Assembly: GCA_964540865.1 (NCBI GenBank)
Contig: CAZION010000006.1
Coordinates: 10,367-74,366, forward strand
From: an uncultured Victivallis sp.
Lineage (GTDB): Bacteria > Verrucomicrobiota > Lentisphaeria > Victivallales > GWF2-50-93
Direction of reading: 5' to 3'
Length of the DNA stretch: 64,000 bases
Every line of letters begins with the position of its first letter. Position 1 is the stretch's first letter. Below are positions 1-10,891 of the stretch, one piece after another. The notes below the pieces were generated by a model. That model was given only the letters and a program-made list of their open reading frames with translations, made no database searches and was not told where the DNA came from. The position numbers and the translations under genes are program-made.

Positions 1-449
1 TTACCGATGTAAATCCCTACAGGCTTGAACTTGCACGCAAAATGAACCCCACACGGGTTGTTAACGTGGCAAAGGAGAAAATAGAGGATGTACAGAAAGA
101 ACTCGGAATGAAGGAGGGTTTTGACGTAGGTCTTGAAATGTCCGGAAGTCCTGAAGCATTCAGAGGCATGATTGACAACATGTGCCATGGCGGAAAGATT
201 GCGATGCTCGGGATTCCTAAGACGAATACAGCCATAGACTGGAACAAGGTGATTTTCAACAGTCTATCCCTCAAGGGGATTTATGGACGCGAGATGTACG
301 AGACCTGGTACAAGATGACGGCCATGATTCAGTCCGGTTTGGATATTTCGCCGATTATAACACATAATTTCCATTACCAGGAATTTCAAAAGGGATTCGA
401 AGTGATGAATTCCGGGAAATCCGGGAAAGTCGTGCTCAATTGGGAGTGA
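1..449 (+). CDS. tdh: L-threonine 3-dehydrogenase, C-terminal part (5' truncated by window edge)
   Basis: Frame is open from base 3 ([14 protein letters not shown]). [10 protein letters not shown] and [15 protein letters not shown] are typical Tdh motifs. Followed by kbl. Confidence 0.93.
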   Translation, partial: TDVNPYRLELARKMNPTRVVNVAKEKIEDVQKELGMKEGFDVGLEMSGSPEAFRGMIDNMCHGGKIAMLGIPKTNTAIDWNKVIFNSLSLKGIYGREMYETWYKMTAMIQSGLDISPIITHNFHYQEFQKGFEVMNSGKSGKVVLNWE

Positions 450-470
450 TGAAATATAAAGGAACTAGCC

Positions 471-1658
471 ATGAATGAATCTTTTCATAAGAACTTAGAT
501 GAAAAATTAAATGAATTGAGGGAAAAGGGAACACTGAAAATCCACCGGCATATTGATTCTCCGATGAGTGCGGAAGTAATAATGGAGGAAAGGGGTGAGA
601 CAATCATCCTCTCTTCGAACAATTATCTCGGACTCTCCAGTAACAAGGAAGTCATAGATGCCGGAATCAAGGCATTGAAGAAATATGGGGCTGGTACTGC
701 TTCCGTCCGGTTTATCTGCGGCACTTTTACGATTCACAGGGAGCTTGAGAATGAAATTGCGGGATTCCTGAAAACTGGAGCAGCATTGACCTATGTCTCA
801 TGCTGGGACGCAAATATGGGGACTATTCCTGTAATGGCGAAGGAGGGCGATGCTATTATTTCAGATTCACTAAACCACGCAAGTCTGATTGACGGCTGCC
901 GCATCTCAAAGGCGGAGAGGCTGATCTACAAGCACGCGGACATGAGTGAACTGGAAAACTGTCTCATTAAAGTCAAAAATGCACACACGAAATTAATTGT
1001 TACTGACGGCGTTTTCAGCATGGAGGGTGATCTTGCGCCGCTCCCGGATATTGTAAAACTCGCAGCGAAATACGATGCCGTAACCATGGTGGATGATTCG
1101 CATGGGATAGGTGTCATGGGCAAAACGGGAAGGGGGACGATCGAGCATTTCGGGCTTCTCGGGAAAATAGATATTATCACAGGAACCCTCGGAAAGGCTC
1201 TCGGAGGAGGGGCTGGCGGATTTGTGGCATCAAGCAGATCCGTGGTAGATACGCTCTCCCAGGTCTCTCGCCCCCAGCTGTTCTCAAATGGAGTACCGCC
1301 TACTGTTGCAGGAAGCGCATTGCAGGCGATTCGTACCCTTGAAAACAACCCGGAGCTTGTTGACAAACTTCGTTCCAATGTCGCGTATTTTAGAAGCGGT
1401 CTTAAGTCTATGGGTTTCAAGCCTCTTGAGAGCGAGTCCGCCATAATCCCGATAATCATAGGTGAAACTGCCCAAGCCATCAAAGTTAGCAATGCTCTTT
1501 TGCAGGAAGGTGTTTTTGTCACAGGTTTCGGCTTTCCTGTTGTCCCAGAGGGAACGGCTAGAATACGTATCCAGATATCCGCGGCACTTGATAAGAGGAT
1601 AATGGATAAGGCGCTGGCGGCTTTCAAGAAAGTTGGCGTTTCCCTAAGGCTTCTGTGA
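471..1658 (+). CDS. kbl: 2-amino-3-ketobutyrate CoA ligase (glycine C-acetyltransferase)
   Basis: SNNYLGL, ASVRFICGT, DGVFSMEG, DDSHG and TGTLGKALGG (PLP lysine); adjacent to tdh. Confidence 0.92.
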   Translation: MNESFHKNLDEKLNELREKGTLKIHRHIDSPMSAEVIMEERGETIILSSNNYLGLSSNKEVIDAGIKALKKYGAGTASVRFICGTFTIHRELENEIAGFLKTGAALTYVSCWDANMGTIPVMAKEGDAIISDSLNHASLIDGCRISKAERLIYKHADMSELENCLIKVKNAHTKLIVTDGVFSMEGDLAPLPDIVKLAAKYDAVTMVDDSHGIGVMGKTGRGTIEHFGLLGKIDIITGTLGKALGGGAGGFVASSRSVVDTLSQVSRPQLFSNGVPPTVAGSALQAIRTLENNPELVDKLRSNVAYFRSGLKSMGFKPLESESAIIPIIIGETAQAIKVSNALLQEGVFVTGFGFPVVPEGTARIRIQISAALDKRIMDKALAAFKKVGVSLRLL

Positions 1659-1686
1659 ATGGCGCTAAGTTAAGGCGCATTTAATA

Positions 1687-1710
1687 GTAGCGCGGGGCTA
1701 TCTGCCCCGC
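1687..1710 (+). repeat. GTAG-type REP-like hairpin
   Basis: gtag-c-gcggggc-tatct-gccccgc downstream of kbl. Confidence 0.55.
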
Positions 1711-1919
1711 ATCTCTCGGGGCATCCTCCCGGGCGGACGAGTTACTTCTGATGGTGCCCTTCCAAAATATTTGCCGTCCTGAGAGCGCCATCCGGCAATC
1801 CAATCATCCGCACGCGGGGTTGACTTTTCACCATTTAATCCTATTTTCAGTTCTTGATTTTTATTCCATAAATAAAGGTTTCCTTAATTTTCTCTTCAAT
1901 TATATAATCGGAGTTTGTT

Positions 1920-2876
1920 ATGAAACTTCTGGAATCACAGATAAAAGAGCTTGAGAAGCTCAGCGTGCATTGCTACCGGGAGAAGGACTACGAAAGCTTC
2001 TGGAATGGCACTTTGAAGAAAATAGAAGAACTTCCACTCAATGTTAAAGGTGGAAAGATTGACTATCCGGTCAGAAAGATGGAAGTAAGGGAACTTACAT
2101 ACGAGGGGCTCGATGGAACAGAAATTTCGACTTGGCTCATTCTTCCTCCTGAAGCCAGGAGAGCAAAAGTACCAGTTATAATCAGTTATCATGGCGCGGG
2201 GGGGAGTAAAGGCGAACCCGAAAACTACTCTAACTGGATTTTAATGGGTGTTGCCGTAATTGCCATAGATTACCGGCTCCAAGGCGGAAAGACCGGCACA
2301 AAAACAGGTTTTGGGTGGTCAAGCAGCGAGTGGCTCGCTATGGGAATCCTCGACAGGGAGGATTCATATATTTTCAGGATGATAACCGATTCCCTGGGAG
2401 CTGTAAAGCTTGCCCGTGAAACAAAAGAGATAGACGGAACAAAAATCGCTATCGCCGGCGGAAGCCAGGGCGGGGGAATGGCGCTTGCTGTTGCGGCTTT
2501 TGACAGTTCGGTAAAACTTTGCATGGCTGATGTACCTTCAAACTGCTGGCTGGAGAAAAGGGTTTTCGGCAGATCCGGTGGCGGCAATCAGATTGCGGAG
2601 TTCATCAGGAAACATCCGGAAAAACTCGGACAGGTCATGAAAACACTTAGCTATGTTGACAATCTAAATTCAGCTGAAAGAATAAAATGTCCCGTGCTCA
2701 TCTCCTGCGGACTCAAGGATCCGGTATGCCCTGCGGATACGGCCTATGCAGTATATAATAAAATCAAATCTAAAAAGAAAATGATCCCGTATCCGTTCAA
2801 TGAACACGAGGGCGGAAGCGCAGCCCATGGCCTTGAGAAGTTAAAATTTTTCAACAGGATAATCTTTGATGAATGA
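1920..2876 (+). CDS. Acetylxylan esterase / cephalosporin-C deacetylase family (CE7)
   Basis: DYESFW N-terminus, YHG, GGSQGG nucleophile elbow, DPVCP Asp, HEG His. Confidence 0.88.
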   Translation: MKLLESQIKELEKLSVHCYREKDYESFWNGTLKKIEELPLNVKGGKIDYPVRKMEVRELTYEGLDGTEISTWLILPPEARRAKVPVIISYHGAGGSKGEPENYSNWILMGVAVIAIDYRLQGGKTGTKTGFGWSSSEWLAMGILDREDSYIFRMITDSLGAVKLARETKEIDGTKIAIAGGSQGGGMALAVAAFDSSVKLCMADVPSNCWLEKRVFGRSGGGNQIAEFIRKHPEKLGQVMKTLSYVDNLNSAERIKCPVLISCGLKDPVCPADTAYAVYNKIKSKKKMIPYPFNEHEGGSAAHGLEKLKFFNRIIFDE

Positions 2877-3825
2877 TACAATCACGCTGATTGACGCATA
2901 TTCACAGATATACAGGGGGTTTTATGCCCTTCCTCTGCTCTCAAATTCAAAAGGGCAGTTTACAAATGCAGTCTTGGCTACTGCCAAGTTTCTGCTTTCC
3001 CTTGAAAGGGATTACCCTTCACCGTATGGTGCTGTGGTTTTTGACAAGGGGCGTCCGGCGCACCGCATGATACTTGCCCCGGAATATAAGGCGAAGAGAC
3101 CGCCAATGCCGCAGGAGCTACAGTCTCAGCTGCCATTCATAAGACAGTGGATCGAGGCTGCGGGATGGAACATCTTTGAGCGTGACGGCACCGAGGCTGA
3201 CGATATTATTGCAGCGATTGCCGTAAACTTCAAGGAAAACCCGGTAAGAATAATAAGCGCCGACAAGGATATAGCCCAAGTCATCGACGATAGGGTGAAA
3301 ATGCTTATTCCCGACAGGAAGCTGGGCGGTTTTCTTTTGCAGGGCAGGGATGAGGTTGTTGCGAGATTCGCAGTCCGCCCGTCGCAGATTGTGGATTATC
3401 TTTCCCTTATTGGAGACAGTTCGGACAACATACCCGGAGTTGACGGAATCGGCCCGAAAACTGCAGCAAAGCTCATAAGCCAGTTTGGTTCGCTGGACGA
3501 GATGCTCATAAGAGTGACCGAAATAGGAAATGAGAAATTGCGCGAAAAGATTATCGGTTCCGCTGAAATCATAAGGAGAAATCAGAAGATCATCGTGCTG
3601 GATCTTTCCATTTCAGATTCAGGCTGGCTTGACATAAATAATTATTTGAAGAGAAAACCTGATTGCGAGAAACTTAAATCGATCGCTTCTGATCTTGAGA
3701 TGAAGAGCATAATAGCTGAAATTGATAAGGCTGGAGATAGCCGGGAACCTGAAAGCCCGCGGCAGTCAGTGAAGGATAAGCGTGCGCTGAAAGATACGGT
3801 TTTTACCCCGGATCTGTTTGGATGA
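2869..3825 (+). CDS. Stand-alone 5'-3' exonuclease / flap endonuclease (PolI N-terminal-like)
   Basis: LIDAYSQIYRGFYA, YKAKR, EADDII, SADKD, GDSSDNIPGVDGIGPKTA; no polymerase domain. Confidence 0.9.
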   Translation: MNDTITLIDAYSQIYRGFYALPLLSNSKGQFTNAVLATAKFLLSLERDYPSPYGAVVFDKGRPAHRMILAPEYKAKRPPMPQELQSQLPFIRQWIEAAGWNIFERDGTEADDIIAAIAVNFKENPVRIISADKDIAQVIDDRVKMLIPDRKLGGFLLQGRDEVVARFAVRPSQIVDYLSLIGDSSDNIPGVDGIGPKTAAKLISQFGSLDEMLIRVTEIGNEKLREKIIGSAEIIRRNQKIIVLDLSISDSGWLDINNYLKRKPDCEKLKSIASDLEMKSIIAEIDKAGDSREPESPRQSVKDKRALKDTVFTPDLFG

Positions 3826-3848
3826 AGATTAAAATAAATGGAGGAAAT

Positions 3849-4418
3849 ATGAAGAGGATTATTATTTTTATTGTCTTATTGGCCGGATTATGTGTTTATT
3901 CCGCTGATGTACTTTCCGAACCTCCTAAAGGATTTTCGTGGCAGCAGCTCCCTTTTGTAAAGGCTTCGTTCCTTCTTCCGGAAGGATGGATATTTAAATT
4001 CATACCTGACAACAAGGAGGAGAAATATCTATATTATCTGACGAAGGATAATATTGACCAGAAAGGTTTCTATGAAACCGGATTTGAAGTGAGGGTTATC
4101 CGTGGGATTCCGAGCAAGGCCAAGGGCAAGCTTCCATCGGAATATTCGACTGAAGCTGTCGCAAGCACGGAAAAAAAGTTTAAATTCGTAAAGAAATGGA
4201 ATGAGAAGAAAGGCATCTTCAAAGAGATAGGTTACATTTATGTGGACAACTCGTATGAGAATGCGAGTGTAACAGTTCACAGGGTTTACATTTCCAATGA
4301 CACCACCGGCACTGTCTATATCCTCACCTTTGAGGGGCCCACAAACGTTTGGGATGGTTTATGGAAGACAATTGGTGAACCCATGTTCAAGAACATTTCA
4401 ATCGACGAGTCCGTTTAA
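3849..4418 (+). CDS. Secreted hypothetical protein
   Basis: GGAGG RBS before MKRIIIFIVLLAGLCVYSA signal peptide. Confidence 0.7.
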   Translation: MKRIIIFIVLLAGLCVYSADVLSEPPKGFSWQQLPFVKASFLLPEGWIFKFIPDNKEEKYLYYLTKDNIDQKGFYETGFEVRVIRGIPSKAKGKLPSEYSTEAVASTEKKFKFVKKWNEKKGIFKEIGYIYVDNSYENASVTVHRVYISNDTTGTVYILTFEGPTNVWDGLWKTIGEPMFKNISIDESV

Positions 4419-4454
4419 TATATTTCTTTTCATTTTCGTTGTGGAAAGAAAATA

Positions 4455-4877
4455 TCATTCGAGGGAACGCATCATCAGCTTGTAGTCTTTGCATCTCTCG
4501 TTGGGAGATACTGCTGAAAGAAAAAACTCCTCGCCGCCGATGACATCTTTTTCGATCCATGTCGTTGCGGAGGTGACAACTTCCATTCCGGCTTCATTGA
4601 ACCACTGGAACCTGTAGGCGAACTTGTAGTCTGATTTCCTTGTGTTCTTTATCGAAACTTGGACCTTCATCAGGCCGGTAGGAAGTTCCTGTTTGTCTAC
4701 GCTCACAGTCTGAAGCCTGTCCCCCAGCCCCTCATCCGTGATCACTCGTTTATTCCTGACAAAATCCTTTTCCATGACCTTGTCTGTATTTTCCACAGTG
4801 TTTACCGGAGCGTTGCAGGCGGGCATAAGAAGAACAATGGTAAGGGCTGGGATTGCAAGTAGTTTCATTGTATTCAT
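4455..4877 (-). CDS. YcfL/DUF1425-like lipoprotein
   Basis: Lipobox LMPAC; YRFQWFNEAGMEV and SAVSPN motifs. Confidence 0.78.
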   Translation of the reverse strand: MNTMKLLAIPALTIVLLMPACNAPVNTVENTDKVMEKDFVRNKRVITDEGLGDRLQTVSVDKQELPTGLMKVQVSIKNTRKSDYKFAYRFQWFNEAGMEVVTSATTWIEKDVIGGEEFFLSAVSPNERCKDYKLMMRSLE

Positions 4878-4947
4878 GGGGTTCACCTTTTTTTTAGTTG
4901 CAAAATATAATCACATTCTTCAAAGTCTAACAGTTGCTTGCCGGGAT

Positions 4948-6423
4948 TTATTCGATTTCAAACACCCGTACGCTCAGAGCTCCATTTCCGGCTTGGCGAA
5001 CATGTATGATTGCCCGCTTCTTTTCGACGGTGATTTCTACAGGTTCAGCTGAAACCATAGTTCCATCGTGAGATACAGCGCTCAGTTTTAATTTCCCATC
5101 GGAAGGGCGTGGGAGCTGGGCGACCTGATACTCACGCGGAAGTGTCTGCCAACAGCGGGTGTCGGCGGTATTGAATGTGTATTTGTAGACGCTGGTGCCA
5201 ACTACTGTCGCCACTACTGCGACGACCCCTCCGGCTCCGTTAGCCTGGCTGGCGGCCGTTATTGCGGCGGCGGAGGCTGCCTCCTTTATTATTGTCGATA
5301 TTACGAGCCGGGTTATCATTCCCGGAAAGATCTCCTTGTATTCCTGGGATACGACTGAATCCATGGCTGAAATGGTGGCTGTCTTAAATGAGTTTCCAGC
5401 GGAATCCGTGACCTCCAGCCCTCCAGTTGAGACAGGGAAATATTCCAGGTCCGAATATGCTATTCCTGAATAGCCGGTAGGCAGGACAATCTGGAATTTC
5501 TGCTCCCTGAATGCAGGCGCAATCCCGTTCTCGAATATTACAAAAACCGTGTTGGTGTCCAGCGGATAATTGAAAGGTTTGACTGCTGCCAGTTCCTCAG
5601 GGATCTTGTTGGCCATATATTGCGAAGTTGTAACGTAGTATTGCTGGATCAGTGGGTTTTCGGTGTCCATCTTATATAGGTTTCTGAAATCTACGTCGGC
5701 TTCGGGATAATTTTTGTCTATCAGATAGCGTATCCCTGACATGTAGGTCACGAACGGGTTCATGAGGTTCCCGTACGTCTTATTGGATTTGCTTTTCATC
5801 TCGTCAAAGGATTTCTTGAGTTCCGGATGCTCGTTTTCAAGCCCGTCGAAAGTGACCTGTTTTCCGGCCTTTTCCCCTTCCTTCTTGTTTGCCTCTTCCT
5901 GTTTCTTTATTTCGTCCTCGAATTTCTTTTCAGCCTCCTTCTGGCGTTCGTATGCGCGGCGCAACTCCACATTCGCGTCTGAGGTTTTTCCAAGGGCGAA
6001 ATAGTCGAGAGCCTTATAGGTGTTGAGAAGGATTCTATCGTAGTTGAATCCGCAGTAGGGCAGGGCGTTCTGGTTCGTGAACGCGGAACCTGTTTCCGCT
6101 CCAGCCTCCCTCGCATTGATTGCGGCGCGATCGTCGAAGTCTTTTATGAGTGCTTCGCATTTTTCAAAAGCTTCCAGGCTGCCTTTGTAATCGCCGATGT
6201 CAAATTTTATTTTCCCCTGTTCAAGCCTCCACATCAGTTCATCTCCGGTACCAGCCCTTTTATCGCTCATCAGGTCTACGAGCTTGACCGACTCTTCCAA
6301 GTTGCCTGAAGTGTAGGCTGTCATCAGCTCCTCCTTCTGCGACCGTGACGTGAAGACAGACGAACATCCTGTGGTGAGTACGAGGGATAGTACAAATAGA
6401 TATCTAATGTTTTTTATAGTCAT
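4948..6423 (-). CDS. COG3014-like TPR lipoprotein
   Basis: Lipobox LTTGC; ANVELRRA, ENGIAP, ADTRCWQTLP motifs; next to YcfL-like gene. Confidence 0.78.
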   Translation of the reverse strand: MTIKNIRYLFVLSLVLTTGCSSVFTSRSQKEELMTAYTSGNLEESVKLVDLMSDKRAGTGDELMWRLEQGKIKFDIGDYKGSLEAFEKCEALIKDFDDRAAINAREAGAETGSAFTNQNALPYCGFNYDRILLNTYKALDYFALGKTSDANVELRRAYERQKEAEKKFEDEIKKQEEANKKEGEKAGKQVTFDGLENEHPELKKSFDEMKSKSNKTYGNLMNPFVTYMSGIRYLIDKNYPEADVDFRNLYKMDTENPLIQQYYVTTSQYMANKIPEELAAVKPFNYPLDTNTVFVIFENGIAPAFREQKFQIVLPTGYSGIAYSDLEYFPVSTGGLEVTDSAGNSFKTATISAMDSVVSQEYKEIFPGMITRLVISTIIKEAASAAAITAASQANGAGGVVAVVATVVGTSVYKYTFNTADTRCWQTLPREYQVAQLPRPSDGKLKLSAVSHDGTMVSAEPVEITVEKKRAIIHVRQAGNGALSVRVFEIE

Positions 6424-6498
6424 GACTCGGGTTTAAATCCTTTATAAATAAGTCTTATTGGAAATTATGCCTTTTGGGGTGCGGACACCGCTCGGACG

Positions 6499-7461
6499 TC
6501 ACCATCCTGGTGTTGCGCGCGGGGTGGCTGCTTCTACATCTTTTTCCTTCCTCTCTACCTGACGGCATATTGCACCAACTTCAAGCGGCCCGTCGGATTT
6601 GAGCATTTTTGCCTTTGAGAATTTCTGCTGGACGGAAGTGACTTCGATCAGTCCTATTTTTGTCTCTTCCTGGCCTATTGACTCTCCGGTATCGGGATCC
6701 TTGATGGTATTGCCTTGGGAATAGACCTCGTAAAGGCCTCCTACTGCAAGTCCGGTGCCTTCGCCACGGTTCAATGTGAGTTCATCGCCCTGCACGGAAG
6801 CTATTTTTACAGGATATACACCTTCAAGGATATAGTTTGACGCAGTCATTGCACAGTCGGAGAAGAGCCTATCCCTGTAGTCCCCTCCAGTCATGTTCTT
6901 GCGCTCCTGTGAAGGAATGTCCTTGCTGTCAAGCTTCCTTGTAATAGTATTGGCGCAGACGATTTTTCCGGATTTTGTTTCAACAACTCTGAAGTGGACT
7001 TTCATGGTAGCCTTGAGCCTTATGGATGTCTCCTTGGTTATCTCGATGAACTTCTTTTCCAGATAGAACTCAACCCTGTCGACATGCCCGACCACAAGGA
7101 AGTCGGCAACGAGCAGTTTTCCTATCCTCTGGTCTTCGCCTGGCTTGGCGTAGTCGGATTCCGTCAGCTTGTTCTCTTTCATGATTTTTTCCACGAATGA
7201 ACGTTCAAGCACGGTGAATTTGCGGGACTTAACCAGATTCTGGAGCAACTGGTCTGCAAATTCGCTTTCCACTATCTGTATCTTCATCTCGGAGTCATTG
7301 ACATTTATCTGGATGTTGTTGGGTTCCAGCACAAATGGGAGAACCGCCAGGGTTGGCCTCTCGAGTTTTACTGGGGTGGTCTCCTTGTTTTGGGCATAGA
7401 TTCCTGAAATGGAAACAGTGAAGAGGAAAGCAATCATCGTAATTCTTAAAAGGGTTTTCAT
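6499..7461 (-). CDS. CsgG/HfaB-like secreted protein with FlgT-like C-terminal domain
   Basis: GGAGG RBS, signal peptide, LVKSRKFTVLER, IGKLLVADFLVVG, LNRGEGTGL, IKDPDTGESIG. Confidence 0.75.
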   Translation of the reverse strand: MKTLLRITMIAFLFTVSISGIYAQNKETTPVKLERPTLAVLPFVLEPNNIQINVNDSEMKIQIVESEFADQLLQNLVKSRKFTVLERSFVEKIMKENKLTESDYAKPGEDQRIGKLLVADFLVVGHVDRVEFYLEKKFIEITKETSIRLKATMKVHFRVVETKSGKIVCANTITRKLDSKDIPSQERKNMTGGDYRDRLFSDCAMTASNYILEGVYPVKIASVQGDELTLNRGEGTGLAVGGLYEVYSQGNTIKDPDTGESIGQEETKIGLIEVTSVQQKFSKAKMLKSDGPLEVGAICRQVERKEKDVEAATPRATPGW

Positions 7462-7652
7462 ATGACCTCCGTTTTTTTGGGATTTGGACTGGAATATACA
7501 TCCATCCAACCCTAATTCAACAGAGAGCTTTTTCCGCATCATACAGGGCCGGCAGGGGCAATTTCATAGGATGTAAGGGGCGGTATTTGGTTTCCGCCTT
7601 AGGCATATGTGCCTTGGTGTCTGTATATACCTCCAGGTAGAAGCTGCCACGC

Positions 7653-7946
7653 TCAGTTCTTTGGTGGGATCGGCTTGGGCTCATATAGAAAGCGGTCTTT
7701 TATGATGGGAATCATTCCGATTGAAGTTCTTGAGAGTTTCACCGTATTGTTGCTGGTCGTGGTGCCGAGTTCATATCCTTTGATTTCTTCAGCTACATCG
7801 AGCTCCCGGCTTTCATCTGGAGCCGGATGTGGAATTTCAAACACAAAATCACATTCGGCGCATTCAGCGATTTCGCCGCCGAGTTCGACAGGAACTTTGA
7901 AAAGGGCTTTGCATTTTGGGCATGAGACTTCAAATACTTTTTCCAT
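7653..7946 (-). CDS. Small zinc-ribbon protein
   Basis: CPKC...CAEC. Confidence 0.6.
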   Translation of the reverse strand: MEKVFEVSCPKCKALFKVPVELGGEIAECAECDFVFEIPHPAPDESRELDVAEEIKGYELGTTTSNNTVKLSRTSIGMIPIIKDRFLYEPKPIPPKN

Positions 7947-8218
7947 AATGAATATCCCCGTTCTTGTTTTATAAGAAAGGCTTGCATTGATTTTTGCTAG
8001 TTTTTTAGTAGCATAAAATCTGCCATGCGATGTTGAGAACTTAAAGAATAGAACTTAATATGCCTTTCATCCATTTCCAGTCGTTGTTAATCGAACATCT
8101 GGAAATATAAATTTTCCTTTCAATGGGATTTTGATTGATATTGGGAGAAATACGCTTAAATTTCGAGCTTGAATTTACTGGGATTGCTTAAAATATATTG
8201 CGGAAAGGTTTTGAAAAT

Positions 8219-10891
8219 ATGAATACAAATGAAATGCCGAAGGCCTACGAACCCAATGATGTTGAGAACAAGTGGTATCCCGTGTGGGAGAATAATGGAT
8301 ATTTCAGGGGGAATCCTGATTCAAGCAAGAAGCCTTACTCAATTGTCATACCCCCGCCCAATGTGACTGGTATTCTGACCATGGGGCATGTTCTGAACAA
8401 CACCCTGCAGGACATCCTGACACGCTGGCGCCGGATGCAGGGCTACGAGGCATGCTGGTTTCCGGGAACAGACCACGCGGGTATTGCGACTGAGACTCGC
8501 GTTGACAAACAGCTCCGCGAAACCGAAGGCCACGGCCGTGACCATTACGGCCGCGAGGAATTCATAAAACGAGTATGGCAATGGAAGGAGCAGTATGGCG
8601 GCACCATCATCAAACAGCTGCGCAAACTCGGAACTTCCTGTGACTGGGAACGCGAACGATTCACTATGGATGAAGGCCTTAGCCAGGCCGTCCGTGAAGT
8701 ATTTGTCCGCCTGTACGAGAAGGGATATATCTATCGCGGCTCCAGAATGATAAACTGGTGTCCCGTCTCAAAGACCGCCCTGTCCGAGGAGGAGGTAATC
8801 CATAAGGATGTACATGGCTATTTCTACCACTTCAAATATCCCCTCTCCGACGGCTCAGGCCATCTCGTTATTGCGACAACGCGTCCGGAAACAATGCTCG
8901 GGGATACTGCCGTCGCCGTCAATCCAGCCGATGAACGCTATAAGCATATAGTCGGCAAAACAATTGATCTGCCCTTTACCGGCAGGAAAATCCCGGTGAT
9001 CGCGGACGAACACGCCGACCCGCAGTTCGGAACAGGCTGCGTTAAAATCACCCCAGCCCATGACCCTAACGACTTTGAAGTAGGGCTTCGCCATAAGCTC
9101 CAGCTCCTCAATGTCATGAATGACGATGCCACGATGAACGAGGCCGCAGGCGAGGAGTTTGTAGGGCTGGACCGCTTTGAATGCCGCGAGAAAATAGTGA
9201 GGCTCATGACCGATGCGAAACTGGTTGAGAAAATCGAGGATCACATGCATAGCGTCGGCTACTCCGAACGCGGTGATGTTCCAATCGAGCCGCGTGTCAG
9301 CGAACAGTGGTTTGTAAACATGAAGGAGCTTGTGAAGCCAGCAATCGCGGCTGTCAAAACCGGAGAGATAAAATTCTATCCCGACCGCTGGACGAAGACA
9401 TATTTCCACTGGATGGAGAATATCAAGGACTGGTGCATCAGCCGCCAGATCTGGTGGGGGCACCGTATTCCCGCCTGGTACAACAGGAAAACCGGAAAAA
9501 TATTTGTCGGCCTTGAAGCGCCCGCCGACATTGAAAACTGGGTTCAGGACGAGGATGTGCTCGACACCTGGTTCAGCTCCTGGCTATGGCCGTTTTCAAT
9601 CATGGGCTGGCCGAATGATACAAAGGAACAGAGGTTTTTCTATCCGACATGCGACTTGGTGACCGGACCAGACATCATATTCTTCTGGGTTGCCAGGATG
9701 ATCATGGCGGGTTGTGAGTTCAAAGGCGCAATCCCCTTCAAAAACGTCTATTTCACGAGCATCATTCGCGATGAGACCGGTCGCAAGCTCAGCAAGTCGC
9801 TGGGTAATTCGCCTGATCCCCTGGACGTGATAAAGACTTATGGTGCGGACGCCCTCCGTTTTTCAATCATATACATCGCACCTCTTGGAATGGATATCCG
9901 CTACAGCAACGAGAAGTGCGAAATCGGCAGGAACTTCGCCAACAAGCTCTGGAATGCATCCCGTTTCCGCAGAATGCAAGCCGGCCCCGACAAGTCGGGT
10001 TTTGATATCGGTTCATTGGCTTCAGGGGATCTTTCGCAGGACGACAAATGGATGCTTGGAAGGCTTAACCAGGTTGTCGCATCAGTGAACGAATCACTTG
10101 AGGCTTTCAGGTTCCACGATGCCGTGCACAATCTTTACGAATTCGTGTGGGGTGAATTCTGCGACTGGTATATCGAAGTTTCCAAGGACACGTTTTTCAG
10201 CAAGGAACTCAGCGAAAAGAGGGATAGGGCGCTCGGTCTTTTCGATTATGCGATGTTTACAATATTGAAACTACTGCACCCGTTTATGCCGTTTGTCACC
10301 GAGGAACTCGCACACCAGCTCGGATATTTGTCGGATGGCGAAAGCGTAATGCTTGCGAAATTCCCTGAGGCTCTGCTTCCTGCGGATCTCGCAAGACTTG
10401 GTATCAGCGAGGAGCTTATCAAGAAGGTTGTTGCGAAGTTCGCAATAATCAGTGCTGGAAGAAATCTGCGCGCATCCTGCAATATCGCGCCATCTCTGAA
10501 GATCAAGTATTTCATCCGGCCGGTTGACAAGGCGACTGAAGTGTTTCTTGAGGAGCAGCGCCCAGCCATCGAACTTCTTCTCCGTGCGGAAAGCCTTGTG
10601 ATAGATGCGGATTTTGCAGCTGTCGGACCGGCGCCTTCCATTGTAACTGATGCCGGAACAATCTTCATGCCCCTGGAAGGGCTTGTCGACATAAAGGCGG
10701 AACTTGCCAAGCTTGACAAGCAGAAGAAGGAGCTTGAAGGCTGGATCGCAGGATCGAAGGCGAAGCTTTCAAACGAGCGATTTGTAAGCAAGGCCCCGCC
10801 AAAAGTCATCGAGGAGGCGAAGAAGATTCTCTCTGAAAACGAGGACAAGCTCAAACGCGTAGAGGAAATGATTAAGTCACTTGGCAAATAA
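8219..10891 (+). CDS. valS: Valine--tRNA ligase
   Basis: PPPNVTG, GTDHAGIAT, ATTRPET, DWCISRQIWWGHRIP, DVLDTWFSS, KLSKS, C-terminal coiled coil. Confidence 0.97.
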   Translation: MNTNEMPKAYEPNDVENKWYPVWENNGYFRGNPDSSKKPYSIVIPPPNVTGILTMGHVLNNTLQDILTRWRRMQGYEACWFPGTDHAGIATETRVDKQLRETEGHGRDHYGREEFIKRVWQWKEQYGGTIIKQLRKLGTSCDWERERFTMDEGLSQAVREVFVRLYEKGYIYRGSRMINWCPVSKTALSEEEVIHKDVHGYFYHFKYPLSDGSGHLVIATTRPETMLGDTAVAVNPADERYKHIVGKTIDLPFTGRKIPVIADEHADPQFGTGCVKITPAHDPNDFEVGLRHKLQLLNVMNDDATMNEAAGEEFVGLDRFECREKIVRLMTDAKLVEKIEDHMHSVGYSERGDVPIEPRVSEQWFVNMKELVKPAIAAVKTGEIKFYPDRWTKTYFHWMENIKDWCISRQIWWGHRIPAWYNRKTGKIFVGLEAPADIENWVQDEDVLDTWFSSWLWPFSIMGWPNDTKEQRFFYPTCDLVTGPDIIFFWVARMIMAGCEFKGAIPFKNVYFTSIIRDETGRKLSKSLGNSPDPLDVIKTYGADALRFSIIYIAPLGMDIRYSNEKCEIGRNFANKLWNASRFRRMQAGPDKSGFDIGSLASGDLSQDDKWMLGRLNQVVASVNESLEAFRFHDAVHNLYEFVWGEFCDWYIEVSKDTFFSKELSEKRDRALGLFDYAMFTILKLLHPFMPFVTEELAHQLGYLSDGESVMLAKFPEALLPADLARLGISEELIKKVVAKFAIISAGRNLRASCNIAPSLKIKYFIRPVDKATEVFLEEQRPAIELLLRAESLVIDADFAAVGPAPSIVTDAGTIFMPLEGLVDIKAELAKLDKQKKELEGWIAGSKAKLSNERFVSKAPPKVIEEAKKILSENEDKLKRVEEMIKSLGK

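Noticed and set aside
926..1627. Long antisense ORFs (also 10246-10887, 61927-62514, 8855-9463 and others)
   Set aside because: They shadow well-supported genes on the opposite strand and show no protein motifs.
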